This document shows positions 47,941-58,371 of a stretch of 64,000 bases of DNA, piece by piece; the first letter of the stretch is position 1, and every line of letters starts with the position of its first letter. Source of the DNA: Arenicellales bacterium (GTDB taxonomy: Bacteria; Pseudomonadota; Gammaproteobacteria; Arenicellales; Poriferihabitantaceae); assembly GCA_965116595.1 (NCBI GenBank), contig OZ220708.1, positions 1,460,596-1,524,595 on the forward strand. Reading direction: 5' to 3'. The notes below the pieces were generated by a model. That model had not been told where the DNA came from. It searched no databases and saw only the letters and a program-made list of their open reading frames with translations. Made by a program: the position numbers and the translations under genes.

Positions 47941-48154
47941 GATCCCGTGGCGGGGATCCACTTACCCCCGTATCCATCCCGACACCGCGGAAAACCCCCC
48001 GTGGTTGTCCTGTCATCATATTGATAGTAATTAATATCAAGAATAAATAGGAATTAATTATATAAGTGTATTTATATCCAATATATTGATTATTCGTGTT
48101 GTTATAATAGTAAATAATAAAATTAATTCGATATTCTCCAGGATAAATACAATC

Positions 48155-48499
48155 ATGACGCACAAACTTCAATCATCCCGACCGGAAATCAGGCCGTATC
48201 TCGGCCTGATAATAATCAGTGCAGCACTTGTCTGCGTCTCAACTGATGCTTTCGCCACCATCACTACCGGGACGGCGTTCGACAGCCCGCTGGCAATACT
48301 GCGCACGGTATTCACCGGGCCGATTGCCTATACAGCGGCCCTGCTCGGTATCGTCGTTGCCGGCGCCATGCTGGTCTTCGGCGGTGAGATCGGCGACTTT
48401 GCGAAGCGGCTGATCATGCTGGTCCTGGTCATTGCAATCATTGTCCTGGCCAACAATGTGTTGTTGGAGTTCTTCGGCGCCAGCGGTGCGACTGTTTAA
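48155..48499 (+). CDS. trbC: T4SS pilin TrbC/VirB2
   Basis: 114 aa from the ATG at 48155. A signal-like N-terminus is followed by two hydrophobic helices, 'LRTVFTGPIAYTAALLGIVVAGAMLVFGGE...'. It is the first gene of the trb block. Confidence 0.7.
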   Translation: MTHKLQSSRPEIRPYLGLIIISAALVCVSTDAFATITTGTAFDSPLAILRTVFTGPIAYTAALLGIVVAGAMLVFGGEIGDFAKRLIMLVLVIAIIVLANNVLLEFFGASGATV

Positions 48500-48532
48500 T
48501 AGCTTGTACAACGATGTCCGACTGATACAACC

Positions 48533-48865
48533 ATGACCAGGGATAGACATTCTTCGCAGGAATTGCGACAGACGCCACTCTATCGCGCAACCACCCGGCC
48601 GCTGACGGTGCTCGGCGCTGACCGTGAGTTGACGTTGATCCTGATGATTTTCAGCGGCGCGCTGGTATTCACCAGCCTGTCGATCGAGGCAACTGTTATC
48701 GGCGCATTCACCTGGTTTGCAGGGTTGTATCTGCTGCGTCAACTGGCGAAGCGTGATGAGCAGATGTCGCGGGTGTTCCTGCGTTACTGGGTGCGTCACA
48801 GATCGGTATTCTACCCGGCCGCGGCGCGGCCATCGAGTGACGGCTGGTTACCGGCCCGGCGATGA
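48533..48865 (+). CDS. trbD: T4SS protein TrbD/VirB3
   Basis: 110 aa. 'PLYRATTRPLTVLGADRELTLILMIFSGALVF' is a VirB3 pattern. Confidence 0.75.
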   Translation: MTRDRHSSQELRQTPLYRATTRPLTVLGADRELTLILMIFSGALVFTSLSIEATVIGAFTWFAGLYLLRQLAKRDEQMSRVFLRYWVRHRSVFYPAAARPSSDGWLPARR

Positions 48866-51285
48866 ATCTCAAATACCTGAAATCAAGGAACCGGGCACTG
48901 CCTGATTTGATGAACTATGCCACGCTGGTCGAGCCGGGCGTGGTGCTTGGCAAGGACGGGTCGCTGATTGCAGGGTGGTATTTCAGGGGCCAGGACCTGA
49001 CGGCGCAAACCAATGTCCAGCGCAATGCACTGAACACCCGATTGAATGACAAGTTCAAGCGGCTCGGTGATGGCTGGACACTGCATGTGGATGCGGTCCG
49101 GCGCTCGACCGCCGGCTATCCATCGCCGGAAATGGTGCACTTCCCCGACCCGGTGAGTCAGCGGATAGACAGCGAGCGGCGCAGCCAGTTTGAGCGCGAC
49201 GGAGATCATTTCGAAACCATCCATGCGATGGTATTGCATTACCTGCCGCCGGCGGTTGCACAGTCCCGGCTCGAACAGATGATGTATTCCAGGGACACTC
49301 AACGAATGGATGGCGGCAGTATTGCGACCAGGGTGTTGTCCGATTTTCGCGGGTGGGTCATTGAATTCGCCGAATCCCTGTCGGACATTGCAGAAATCAC
49401 ACCGATGACCGGGTATACGGTATCGGCAAAAACCGGGGAGGAAGCGATTCGGGATGACCTGGTGGAATTTCTGGGGATGTGCATCATCGGTCAATACTAT
49501 CCCGTCAATCTGCGCAGGGAAGCGCCATTCCTCGATGCTGTGCTGGGTTGGTATGATTTTACAGGCGGGCTTGAGCCGAAAATCGACAACAGGCATTTGC
49601 GCATTGTCGCCATCACCGGATATCCGCTATCGACCCATCCGGGCATATTGTCCGCCCTGGAAAACCTGGAGACGGAATATCGCTGGTCGAACCGATTCAT
49701 CTACATGGACCATGAAACGGCGAAAAAGGAATTGAACCGGTATCGCAGGCAATGGCAGCAGAAGCAACGGGGTTTTACCGATCAATTCCTGGGAACCCGG
49801 ACAGGCGCCACCGACCGCGACGCAGTGAACATGGTCGATGAGACCGAAAGCGCCCTCGCCGATGCGTCCAGCCTGGAAACCACGTTTGGCTATTTGACCA
49901 ATGTGATCGTTCTGACCTCAAGCTCTCTTGACCGGATCGAGGAGGACGCGAAATACCTGATCACCACCATTCGCAACCTGGGTTTCGGCGCGCGTCTTGA
50001 AACCGTCAACAGCATCGAGGCCTGGCTTGGTTCGCTGCCTGGTCACAGTTATACCAATATCCGCAGGCCGATGGTCAACACGATGAATCTGTCAGACCTG
50101 CTGCCGCTGTCTTCGATCTGGACCGGCAACCGGCATAATCCGTGCGACCGGTATCCGTCCGGTTCGCCTGCCCTGATTTACGCCAATGCCGCGGGCGCCA
50201 CGCCTTTCAGGTTGAACCTGCATGTCGGCGATGTGGGCCACACATTGATAATCGGCCCGACCGGAACCGGCAAATCGACACTGCTTGCGATGATCGCAGC
50301 GCAATTTCGCAAGTACCGGAACGCAAAAGTGTTTTGTTTCGATAAGGGGTATTCGCTCTACTGCCTGACCGAGGCGGTCGGCGGCGCGCACTATGACATC
50401 GGCGACCGTGATTCGAACCTGGCTTTTTGTCCACTGGCCGAGTCGGATATCACCTGGGCGGAAGGTTGGGTGCGCGACTGTTGTGAACTGCAACTGGGGG
50501 CTCCTTTGACGCCCGAACAGAAGAAGCAATTGCATGTCACCATGGGGCACCTGGCTCAGTCAAGGGAAAAGAGCCTGACCGCTTTGCATACCCAGTTGCA
50601 GAACCAGGTATTGCGCGACGCGCTGGCGCATTACACGCTGCACGGCAATGCAGGGCATCTGCTCGATGGCGAATCGGATGATCTCGCGTTCACGGACTTT
50701 ACCTGCTTCGAACTCGAGGCGCTGTGGCCGTATGCCGACAGTGAAAGGCTGCCGGTGCTGTCATACCTGTTTCACCGCATCGAGCGGCAACTGACCGGGT
50801 CGCCGGCGGTCATCATCCTCGATGAGGCCTGGGTGATGTTGGGGCATCCGATATTCCGCGCGAAAATCGTCGAGTGGCTGAAAGTGCTGCGCAAGGCCAA
50901 TTGCGCGGTCGTGATGGCGACCCAGTCATTAACCGATGCCGTCAATTCCGGCATTCTCGACATCATCATCGAGTCGACCGCCACCCGGATTTTTCTGCCC
51001 AATACCGCTGCCGACTCCGAAGTCTCGCGGCCCATCTACCGGATGATCGGACTGAATCATGTGCAGATCGACATGATTTCCAGGGCTGTGCCTAAAAGGC
51101 AATACTACGCCATGTCGGCGGAAGGCAACCGGCTGTTTGACATGGCGCTGGGATCGGTAGCGCTGTCATTTGCGGCGCAGTCGGGCGCCAATGTCAAAAA
51201 GGAAGTGCGATTAATGAAGCACAAGTACGGAGCGCAGTGGATAGATTACTGGTCCGCAAACCGGGCAGGGAGCGGACATGACTAG
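48862..51285 (+). CDS. trbE: T4SS ATPase TrbE/VirB4
   Basis: 807 aa. Walker A 'GPTGTGKST' and Walker B 'VIILDEAW'. Confidence 0.9.
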   Translation: MNLKYLKSRNRALPDLMNYATLVEPGVVLGKDGSLIAGWYFRGQDLTAQTNVQRNALNTRLNDKFKRLGDGWTLHVDAVRRSTAGYPSPEMVHFPDPVSQRIDSERRSQFERDGDHFETIHAMVLHYLPPAVAQSRLEQMMYSRDTQRMDGGSIATRVLSDFRGWVIEFAESLSDIAEITPMTGYTVSAKTGEEAIRDDLVEFLGMCIIGQYYPVNLRREAPFLDAVLGWYDFTGGLEPKIDNRHLRIVAITGYPLSTHPGILSALENLETEYRWSNRFIYMDHETAKKELNRYRRQWQQKQRGFTDQFLGTRTGATDRDAVNMVDETESALADASSLETTFGYLTNVIVLTSSSLDRIEEDAKYLITTIRNLGFGARLETVNSIEAWLGSLPGHSYTNIRRPMVNTMNLSDLLPLSSIWTGNRHNPCDRYPSGSPALIYANAAGATPFRLNLHVGDVGHTLIIGPTGTGKSTLLAMIAAQFRKYRNAKVFCFDKGYSLYCLTEAVGGAHYDIGDRDSNLAFCPLAESDITWAEGWVRDCCELQLGAPLTPEQKKQLHVTMGHLAQSREKSLTALHTQLQNQVLRDALAHYTLHGNAGHLLDGESDDLAFTDFTCFELEALWPYADSERLPVLSYLFHRIERQLTGSPAVIILDEAWVMLGHPIFRAKIVEWLKVLRKANCAVVMATQSLTDAVNSGILDIIIESTATRIFLPNTAADSEVSRPIYRMIGLNHVQIDMISRAVPKRQYYAMSAEGNRLFDMALGSVALSFAAQSGANVKKEVRLMKHKYGAQWIDYWSANRAGSGHD

Positions 51286-52090
51286 AGCCCGGTTCCGTAC
51301 TGCCTTCGCCAACTTCGGCAATGCAGCCGGAAGGATTCTGTACATCAGCTGCGGAGCGTTATCGTTTGCCGCCGCGGCAATGGCGGGCGGCGTTGTCACC
51401 GGCGGCGCGACCGAATTCACGCAGTTGCTGAATAATGCCGAACTGGCAACCCAGGTACAGCAACAAATGCGCACCTGGCAGACGCTGGCCGATGAGCTTC
51501 GGATCCTGCGCGGCAATGAACGCATGCTGACCGGGCATCACTTCGCGGATGCTCCGTCAAAAGCCCTGGTACGTCTGCACCGGGCGATGCAGAACGACCA
51601 CATCATCAGCTATCAGGCGGGCAGCATCAACGACGAATTCGCATTGAAATATCCCGGCTACAGGACTTATCTGACCGAGGCGTACGGTATCAAAAACGGC
51701 GGCAATGCCGGTTATGCGGCTTGGGACGCACAGAATCAGGCAAACCTGGCGGCGGCGCTGAACACGGTCAACCTGAATCGGGACCAGGTCCTGGCCGAAG
51801 GCCAGATGCTCGACCTGATTGACCGCCAGGCCAAAACCGTGAAAAGCCGCAAGGCGCTGATGCAACTCGGTAATGATCTGGCCCTGACCCAGGTGCGCCA
51901 GGCCCGGCGCATGGAGAACCTGCTGCAAACCCAGATCGTATTGCAGTCGAACTACCTCGCCGCCGAACAGGCCAGGAGCAACCGCGGGCAATCACGCAGG
52001 GAGTGGATGTACGAGTCTGATCGAAGACTCCGCGAGCAACTCGAGGATCAGCGCAGGAAGCAGGATCCGGACACGGACCTGTACCGGTAA
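51278..52090 (+). CDS. trbJ: T4SS protein TrbJ (VirB5-like)
   Basis: 270 aa. Signal peptide, 'TEFTQLLNNAELATQVQQQM', and a coiled-coil. Its position between trbE and trbL fits. Confidence 0.65.
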   Translation: MTRARFRTAFANFGNAAGRILYISCGALSFAAAAMAGGVVTGGATEFTQLLNNAELATQVQQQMRTWQTLADELRILRGNERMLTGHHFADAPSKALVRLHRAMQNDHIISYQAGSINDEFALKYPGYRTYLTEAYGIKNGGNAGYAAWDAQNQANLAAALNTVNLNRDQVLAEGQMLDLIDRQAKTVKSRKALMQLGNDLALTQVRQARRMENLLQTQIVLQSNYLAAEQARSNRGQSRREWMYESDRRLREQLEDQRRKQDPDTDLYR

Positions 52091-52095
52091 ACGCC

Positions 52096-53331
52096 ATGTT
52101 GAAAAGCGCGCTCATCATGCTGGTCCTGCTGTGCTGGATGCCGTCGGCGGCATGGTCCGACCATTACGACCAGTGCGCCGGGTTAAGCTCGGATACCGGA
52201 GATGACGCGGAGTGTTTCCAAAATGCGGATCGGGCGCTGGAGAACTTCGTGGCCGCCAACCCAGACTTGTTTTCCGCTGAAAGGATCGTTCAGAACTTTA
52301 TCGATAACACGAAGATATGGAGCGGTGAAATCGTCAGGATCGCCACTGCCCTGTTCTGGTCGCTGGCGCTGTTTGAATTCATTCTGACCTTTTCGATGAT
52401 GGCGGTCCGGGGTTCCGATCTGAATGAATTTACGGTTGAGTTCCTGAAGCGCGTATTGATTTTAAGCTTCGGCCTGTTCCTGTTGGAGAACCATGTGGCG
52501 TTCGAACAGATCATCCAGGGCTTCAGGGATTCATCCTCGCTTGTGCGCGAGGGGCAAACCGGTAGGGAGTACGCGCTCCAGGACCTGATGGGTATTCCCC
52601 TCGAGGTCGTCGGGAATATGCTCGAATCGGTCAAGCCGTTGAATTTCGTCACCGACGCCCCGGAAATCCTGATGATCCTGTTCACGGCGGTGATCGTACT
52701 GTGGGCGCTGTCAGTGGCTGCGGTGCAACTGGTGCTGGTGCTGTGCGAGTTGTACATCGTATTGGCTGTCGGCCTGCTGTCACTGGGGCTGTTCAGCCTG
52801 CAAATCACGCGCGAATACCCGATGCGATTTTTCGGAGGGGTGATCAGCACGGGCTTCAAGCTGTTTGCGTTGGAATTGATCATTGCGCTGGGCATCCGCA
52901 TGGTCGAAGGATGGGCAACCATGCCGGTCATGCACCGGGTCGGACCGTACATGCTGATGGCCGGGGCCGCGATCATGTACAAGGAGATCGCCGTTCGCAT
53001 ACCCAACTACATCCAGGGCCTGTTGACTGCTTCTCCGGGCTCCGGAGTCAGCGCCGCGGGCGCCGTCACTGCTGCCGGCACGGTCGCCGGAGCGCACGCC
53101 GCCGGTGCGGCCGCCGCCGGCAGAAGCGTCGCGGGCGGGGTCGTGTCCGTACGTGAAGCCATCGGACTGGCCCGTAGCCAGGGCGCCGCCGGGCCTGGGG
53201 AAATGAGCCGCAGTGTCGCCCGCAGCCTGGTTGGTTCATGGGCCGACAACATGGCTGACAAAAGCCCGGTGGCCCGGCAACTGCGAAAAAACCGGATGAG
53301 GAGCGAGCTTGGGAAACAGGACCACGAATGA
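52096..53331 (+). CDS. trbL: T4SS inner-membrane protein TrbL/VirB6
   Basis: 411 aa, polytopic, with a Gly/Ala-rich C-terminal tail as in TrbL. Confidence 0.75.
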   Translation: MLKSALIMLVLLCWMPSAAWSDHYDQCAGLSSDTGDDAECFQNADRALENFVAANPDLFSAERIVQNFIDNTKIWSGEIVRIATALFWSLALFEFILTFSMMAVRGSDLNEFTVEFLKRVLILSFGLFLLENHVAFEQIIQGFRDSSSLVREGQTGREYALQDLMGIPLEVVGNMLESVKPLNFVTDAPEILMILFTAVIVLWALSVAAVQLVLVLCELYIVLAVGLLSLGLFSLQITREYPMRFFGGVISTGFKLFALELIIALGIRMVEGWATMPVMHRVGPYMLMAGAAIMYKEIAVRIPNYIQGLLTASPGSGVSAAGAVTAAGTVAGAHAAGAAAAGRSVAGGVVSVREAIGLARSQGAAGPGEMSRSVARSLVGSWADNMADKSPVARQLRKNRMRSELGKQDHE

Positions 53332-53987
53332 CAATGACTGACCTTTATACGCAAAACAGGATGGCGTACAGCTCCGTACTCGAAAATGCGGCGAAAACGA
53401 GCGCTGGCTGGCGGCTGTGCACACTGATTGCGTTGTTGATATCACTGTGCGCCGTTGCAGGCATGGTCTACATTGGCTCCCAGACCCGGATCCGCCCGGT
53501 ACTGGTAGTGATGGACGAGAGCTACATGCCGGTCGGCCTGTACCAGCCGGGCGCCGGGCTGGCAGTCAACGATGAGCGTGTGACCAAAGCCTCGCTGGCC
53601 CGGTTCGTCTCGACCTGGCGAATCGTCTCGATCGATGCGACGTTTCAGAAGCAAAGAGTGAACGACCTCGCAAAGTTCATCGACAACAACTCGCCCGCAT
53701 TCGCCAAGCTGCGTGATTACATCGTATCCGACGCCACCAACCCGCTGAAGCGGGCCATCTATGAGACGGTCAGCATCCGCATTTCGAACGTCCTGCCTGT
53801 CTCGCCTGTGACGTGGCAGGTCGACTGGGTCGAAACGGTGACGCAACGGAGCAACGGCCAGGCTGAATCGAAGCGCTGGCAGGCTAACATTACGTTTGCT
53901 TTCATGGACGATGTGCCGGCGGAAATCCTGCTGACCAATCCGACCGGATTGCTGGTGTCCGACATCAACTGGGCGGAATCGATATGA
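53328..53987 (+). CDS. trbF: T4SS protein TrbF/VirB8
   Basis: 219 aa. A single N-terminal TM segment and a VirB8-like periplasmic domain ('RWQANITFAF...NPTGLLVSD'). Confidence 0.75.
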   Translation: MTMTDLYTQNRMAYSSVLENAAKTSAGWRLCTLIALLISLCAVAGMVYIGSQTRIRPVLVVMDESYMPVGLYQPGAGLAVNDERVTKASLARFVSTWRIVSIDATFQKQRVNDLAKFIDNNSPAFAKLRDYIVSDATNPLKRAIYETVSIRISNVLPVSPVTWQVDWVETVTQRSNGQAESKRWQANITFAFMDDVPAEILLTNPTGLLVSDINWAESI

Positions 53988-54973
53988 GCCGCCGCCTGTC
54001 TTCCGGCGCATTCGGTGCATGGATGCTCTGCATGACGCTTCACGCCGCGCCCGCAGGGGCACAGCTTTTACCCGCAGAAGCGCTGCCTGTCCTGTTGACG
54101 ACCCGCGAAGTGGAAGCGGTTCGGCTGTCTCGCGGTTGGCAGAATCGTTACTCGCCCGCCATGCTCGGCGACAACGGCAGGGTGGTTTACCACTTCGGCG
54201 AGTCGAGCGCTCCGGTGATAACGGCGCCTGGCAATGTCACGCATATCGAGCTCGAGCCGGGCGAGATTCTGGTCGAAGACGGTATTTTCATTGGCGACAG
54301 CGTGAACTGGTGCATCATTCCGGTGGCGCAGGGAAAGGGAGAAGACATCATCACGCACATTGTCGTCAAACCGACCTACGAAAATCTCGAAACCACGATG
54401 ATTGCGATCACCAACCGGCGCAGTTACTACTTCCATCTGAAGTCAACCGAAGACCAGTTCATGGCTTCGGTCGGCTTTGAATACCCTGAAATCGAAGCCA
54501 GGCGATGGCATGAGTATGAGCAGGCCGTCCATGCCAAAAAAGAAGCTGAAGCCAGACAGCGCGAGGAACGCTCGACAGAAGCGGCGCCGGCGCCAGAAGT
54601 GATGCCGGAAATCGCCGATCTCGACTTCGGCTATACGGTTTCAGGCGATAACCCGCCCTGGAAGCCGGTACAGGTCTACAACGATGGTCAGCGGGTGTAT
54701 ATCCGGATGCCGAAATCGATGCGGCAGTCGGATGCTCCTGTGTTTGTCGAGACCGGACCGGGTAATGCCGAGCAAATCGTCAACTATCGTCTGCGCCGGG
54801 GCACGTTCATTATCGACAAGCTGTTCACCCGGGGAATGCTGGTTACAGGCACAGGCCGAAACCGGCGCAAGGTCATTATCACTTACACCGGGGGAGAATT
54901 GCAGGTCCAATCGACATCATTGCCAGACGAAGCCATCCACCGTCCGACAGCAAAATCCGGGGGTTCCAGGTGA
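53984..54973 (+). CDS. trbG: T4SS outer-membrane complex protein TrbG/VirB9
   Basis: 329 aa. Signal peptide, then 'PWKPVQVYNDGQRVYIRMP', a VirB9 C-terminal pattern. Confidence 0.8.
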   Translation: MSRRLSSGAFGAWMLCMTLHAAPAGAQLLPAEALPVLLTTREVEAVRLSRGWQNRYSPAMLGDNGRVVYHFGESSAPVITAPGNVTHIELEPGEILVEDGIFIGDSVNWCIIPVAQGKGEDIITHIVVKPTYENLETTMIAITNRRSYYFHLKSTEDQFMASVGFEYPEIEARRWHEYEQAVHAKKEAEARQREERSTEAAPAPEVMPEIADLDFGYTVSGDNPPWKPVQVYNDGQRVYIRMPKSMRQSDAPVFVETGPGNAEQIVNYRLRRGTFIIDKLFTRGMLVTGTGRNRRKVIITYTGGELQVQSTSLPDEAIHRPTAKSGGSR

Positions 54974-56196
54974 TTGATTCTGTACTCGATGCGGCTGTCA
55001 GGCCGGGCGCATACGGCGGTCGGCTGGGAGGGCGTCATCTGGGCGCGATACCGATGGTCATCGCCGGGATTTTCGTTGTACTGCTGATCGGCGGCATATT
55101 ATGGGGCGCATCGTCCCGTTTCCAGCCGGGCGAAGAAGAGGCAATCAACAGCGCCAGGGTGAGTACCGGCGCCCGGCCATCGTACCAACTGCCGAAGTTA
55201 CTCGACGGGAACGACCTCGATATTGAAGGCTATATTCCCGAAAAACCCGATTCAGCCGAGCACGATCCCGACGTCATGGTCGCTCCGCCGATCTCCGACG
55301 CACTCAGGGCGCAACGCGAATACCTGCAACAGCAAAGGATGCGCGAACTGCAAAACCGCACCCTGGGGCGGGAAAGCTCACCATCGGTTTCAACATCCGA
55401 ACTCAAGGTATCCAAGGAAACAGAAACAGCCGAATCACCGTTGACCGGATCATCGTTGAATACGGATATATCGCCAGGTCCGGCACGGAGCCCGACCCTG
55501 GAAGCATTGCTGGCGGAAGCCGGGAGCCGTCCGCAGGACGATCCGGGCGGGCAGGCAGGAAAAATCCGCTTTCTGAAGGAGCCGGATCAAAAGGCATGGT
55601 TGCCGCATACGCGACAGGCTGACCTCGGCCGATTCACACTGAAGACCGGCGCCGTGATACCGGGCGTGCTGATCAGCGGCTTGAATTCCGACCTGCCCGG
55701 CAATGCCATCGCGCAAGTAAGCCAGAACGTGTATGACAGCGCCACGGGTCAGCATCTGCTGATTCCGCAGGGGGCAAAGTTGTACGGGACGTATGACAGC
55801 CGGGTGAGCTACGGTCAGAACCGTGCGCTGGTGGTCTGGGAGCGGATCATATTCCCGGACGCCGGCACGCTGGAACTCGACCGCATGCAGGGCGCCGATG
55901 TCAGCGGATACAGCGGCTTCAGGGATAAAGTGAACAACCATTACCTGCGCACATTCGGCCAGACATTCCTGCTTTCCGCGATCCAGGCGCTGCCGGCACA
56001 GATATCGGATACACCGACTGGCGCCGGGGCAGACGATGAATTCAGCAAAACCACCGCGGCCAACGCCTCCGCCATGGGCGGGAAGCTGATCGACAGGAAC
56101 CTGTCGATACAGCCCACGATTCGTATTCGACCCGGTTACCCATTCCTGATCATGGTCAACAGGGACATCCTTTTCCCAGGAGCTTACGGGACATGA
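54970..56196 (+). CDS. trbI: T4SS protein TrbI/VirB10
   Basis: 408 aa. TM segment, Pro-rich linker, and 'IQPTIRIRPGYPFLIMVNRDILFP', a VirB10 C-terminus. Confidence 0.85.
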   Translation: MIDSVLDAAVRPGAYGGRLGGRHLGAIPMVIAGIFVVLLIGGILWGASSRFQPGEEEAINSARVSTGARPSYQLPKLLDGNDLDIEGYIPEKPDSAEHDPDVMVAPPISDALRAQREYLQQQRMRELQNRTLGRESSPSVSTSELKVSKETETAESPLTGSSLNTDISPGPARSPTLEALLAEAGSRPQDDPGGQAGKIRFLKEPDQKAWLPHTRQADLGRFTLKTGAVIPGVLISGLNSDLPGNAIAQVSQNVYDSATGQHLLIPQGAKLYGTYDSRVSYGQNRALVVWERIIFPDAGTLELDRMQGADVSGYSGFRDKVNNHYLRTFGQTFLLSAIQALPAQISDTPTGAGADDEFSKTTAANASAMGGKLIDRNLSIQPTIRIRPGYPFLIMVNRDILFPGAYGT

Positions 56197-56915
56197 GAAT
56201 CATCGCATTTGCAGTCTTCTGCATCCTGTCGCAAATCGGGCTTAGTGCAGCGGCCGCCTGGACGTTTGCGCTCGGCGAGATGCGCCAGGCCACAACCGCC
56301 GCCCCGCGGGAATATGTCGTCGAGGTGGACGTGGTTGCGGATGGGTACTCGACATTCAGAGCAAATATCGTGGGCGGCCCGGACGCAATGCGCCTGATCC
56401 GAAGATGGGAATCAGTCGAGCGCGAGCAGGGCGTTGACGTGGTCATTACCCTGCAACAGCCCATTGCAACACCCAGAATTATCACCCTGACCGCCCAGTA
56501 CCAGGGGCGGGAGAGAACGGGGAAATACTGGCTGCAGCCGGTTATGGCAGCGCCGAAGGAAAAGGCCATTGTGTCCGCAATAGCGGAAAACCCGGTAAGG
56601 GATGCGGAGCCTGGAAAGACCCTGGAACCGGAAAAAATCGAGCCGGTATGCCCGTACCTGGTCGTGAAGAAAGGCTCCTTGATGGCGAACGTGGAGAGGT
56701 TATCGAAGCTCTGCGGGTATGAAATGGGCGCCTGGTATCCGGGAAACAGCGAGGATCTGGTCGACTGGATCGTCAATCGCGAGAGGTACACCGAAAACGG
56801 CGAGGGTGTAACCGGCATGTTGGCGATGCTGGAAAAAGAATTCAACCTGACCGGTGTGATTCGAAGCGAAGGGAAAGGGAAATACATCGATTATTACGAG
56901 TCCGGGGGGCAATGA
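56193..56915 (+). CDS. pilL: PilL/TcpQ-like type IVb pilus protein
   Basis: 240 aa. Signal peptide, and a C-terminal 'GSLMANVERLSKLCGYEMGAW' TcpQ-like block. It precedes the secretin gene. Confidence 0.5.
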   Translation: MRIIAFAVFCILSQIGLSAAAAWTFALGEMRQATTAAPREYVVEVDVVADGYSTFRANIVGGPDAMRLIRRWESVEREQGVDVVITLQQPIATPRIITLTAQYQGRERTGKYWLQPVMAAPKEKAIVSAIAENPVRDAEPGKTLEPEKIEPVCPYLVVKKGSLMANVERLSKLCGYEMGAWYPGNSEDLVDWIVNRERYTENGEGVTGMLAMLEKEFNLTGVIRSEGKGKYIDYYESGGQ

Positions 56916-56919
56916 CGCA

Positions 56920-58371
56920 GTGGGAACATACAAGATAATTGCGGCGGCGCTTGCCGCGGTACTGCTGCTGAACGGCTGCGCCTCGCGTCCGCCGGTGTCG
57001 CCGGAGACGAAAGCGATCAGCGAGGAAATCGAGGCGCTCAGGAATGATCAGGAGCAGCCGGGCGCCCCGGAACCGGAACGCATCACGATTCCCCGGGTGA
57101 GTGCATGGCTGGACAAACGCATCACCGCGAGATTCAACAATCTCGATGCACGCTCCGCGATTGACCTTGTGGTGCAGAAGCGGCCGGTGCGCTACAACAC
57201 GGGGGATTCAGCGGCGCAGCAAACCGTGAAATGGTCGCCTTCGGCGTTGACTATCCGGGATCATCTCGATTCGATTACCGCGCAGGCGGACTGGAGTTAC
57301 CGCGTCGAGAAAGGCGTGGTCCAGGTATACGATATCGAAACCCGTCATTTCGCGCTGGCGGCCCAGCCGGGGGCCACGCAAGCGGATATGAAGATGCGGA
57401 ATCTTTCGGCATCGGGCAGCGGCGGGTCAGACAACACGGTCAGCGTGACCCTGGACCCGTATACGACGGAGCTGGTCGGGTTGGTGCAGTCGGTTCTCGG
57501 CCTGGAAGCCGAATCGACAGGACCGCAGCAAACGGACCCGCGTACCGCTGTCGCGATATTGCCGGCGGCGAATCAGCTGGTCGTGACGGCCAGACCAAGC
57601 GCGATGCGCCGGGTTGAAGACGTCATCCGGCGATACAATTTCTCGACCAGCGCTATCGTGCGCGTGCATATCTCGATCATGGAAGTCGATATATCCGACT
57701 CGGAAAAGCACAGCTTGTTGCTAGATATCGTACGCCGGAGCGACCATTTCTCCACCGGGCTTGAAATCATCGGCGATATCACCGGCAGCGCCGGGGCTTT
57801 GGCCGGCGCGGTCACCCGGCCGGACAGCCCGTACCGCGGCAGCGGGTTGATCTACAACTGGCTGAAGAAGTTCGGCGATACCAGTATCGCCTACGATGAC
57901 ACGATCGAGATACTGAACAACCACGTGGCTAGCATCGACGCGACGCGGACGGAAAGCTATGTGTCGAAAATCACATTCACCGTGACGGGTAGCGGCGAGT
58001 CTGAATCGAGGACCCCGGAGGTGGAGTTCTCGGAGCTGCGGACCGGGCTTGCGATTCATCTGCAACCGACCGTGCGGGACAACCAGATCACGCTGCGGAT
58101 GGCGTTATCGCGCTCCAGCCTGGTTGACCGGATCCCGTTCAATTACTCCGGCATCGAAGGGGAGAACTTTGTCACGGATGACTTCAACCGGGTCTTGTCG
58201 GTGTCATTGCAGGACGGCGAACCCAAGCTGTTGATGTCCTTCTCCGAAGCGGTGGTCAGTGATCAAAAGGAGAAGATTCCATTTCTCGGCATACTGGGAA
58301 ACAGCAGTGACACGCAGGACCGGTCCCGCGAGACGATCATGATGATTACCGCAAGCGTGGTTCCGGGCTGA
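56920..58371 (+). CDS. pilN: Type IVb pilus secretin lipoprotein (PilN-like)
   Basis: 483 aa. Lipobox 'LLLNGC' and a secretin C-terminus 'IPFLGILGNSSDTQDRSRETIMMITASVV'. Confidence 0.75.
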   Translation: MGTYKIIAAALAAVLLLNGCASRPPVSPETKAISEEIEALRNDQEQPGAPEPERITIPRVSAWLDKRITARFNNLDARSAIDLVVQKRPVRYNTGDSAAQQTVKWSPSALTIRDHLDSITAQADWSYRVEKGVVQVYDIETRHFALAAQPGATQADMKMRNLSASGSGGSDNTVSVTLDPYTTELVGLVQSVLGLEAESTGPQQTDPRTAVAILPAANQLVVTARPSAMRRVEDVIRRYNFSTSAIVRVHISIMEVDISDSEKHSLLLDIVRRSDHFSTGLEIIGDITGSAGALAGAVTRPDSPYRGSGLIYNWLKKFGDTSIAYDDTIEILNNHVASIDATRTESYVSKITFTVTGSGESESRTPEVEFSELRTGLAIHLQPTVRDNQITLRMALSRSSLVDRIPFNYSGIEGENFVTDDFNRVLSVSLQDGEPKLLMSFSEAVVSDQKEKIPFLGILGNSSDTQDRSRETIMMITASVVPG

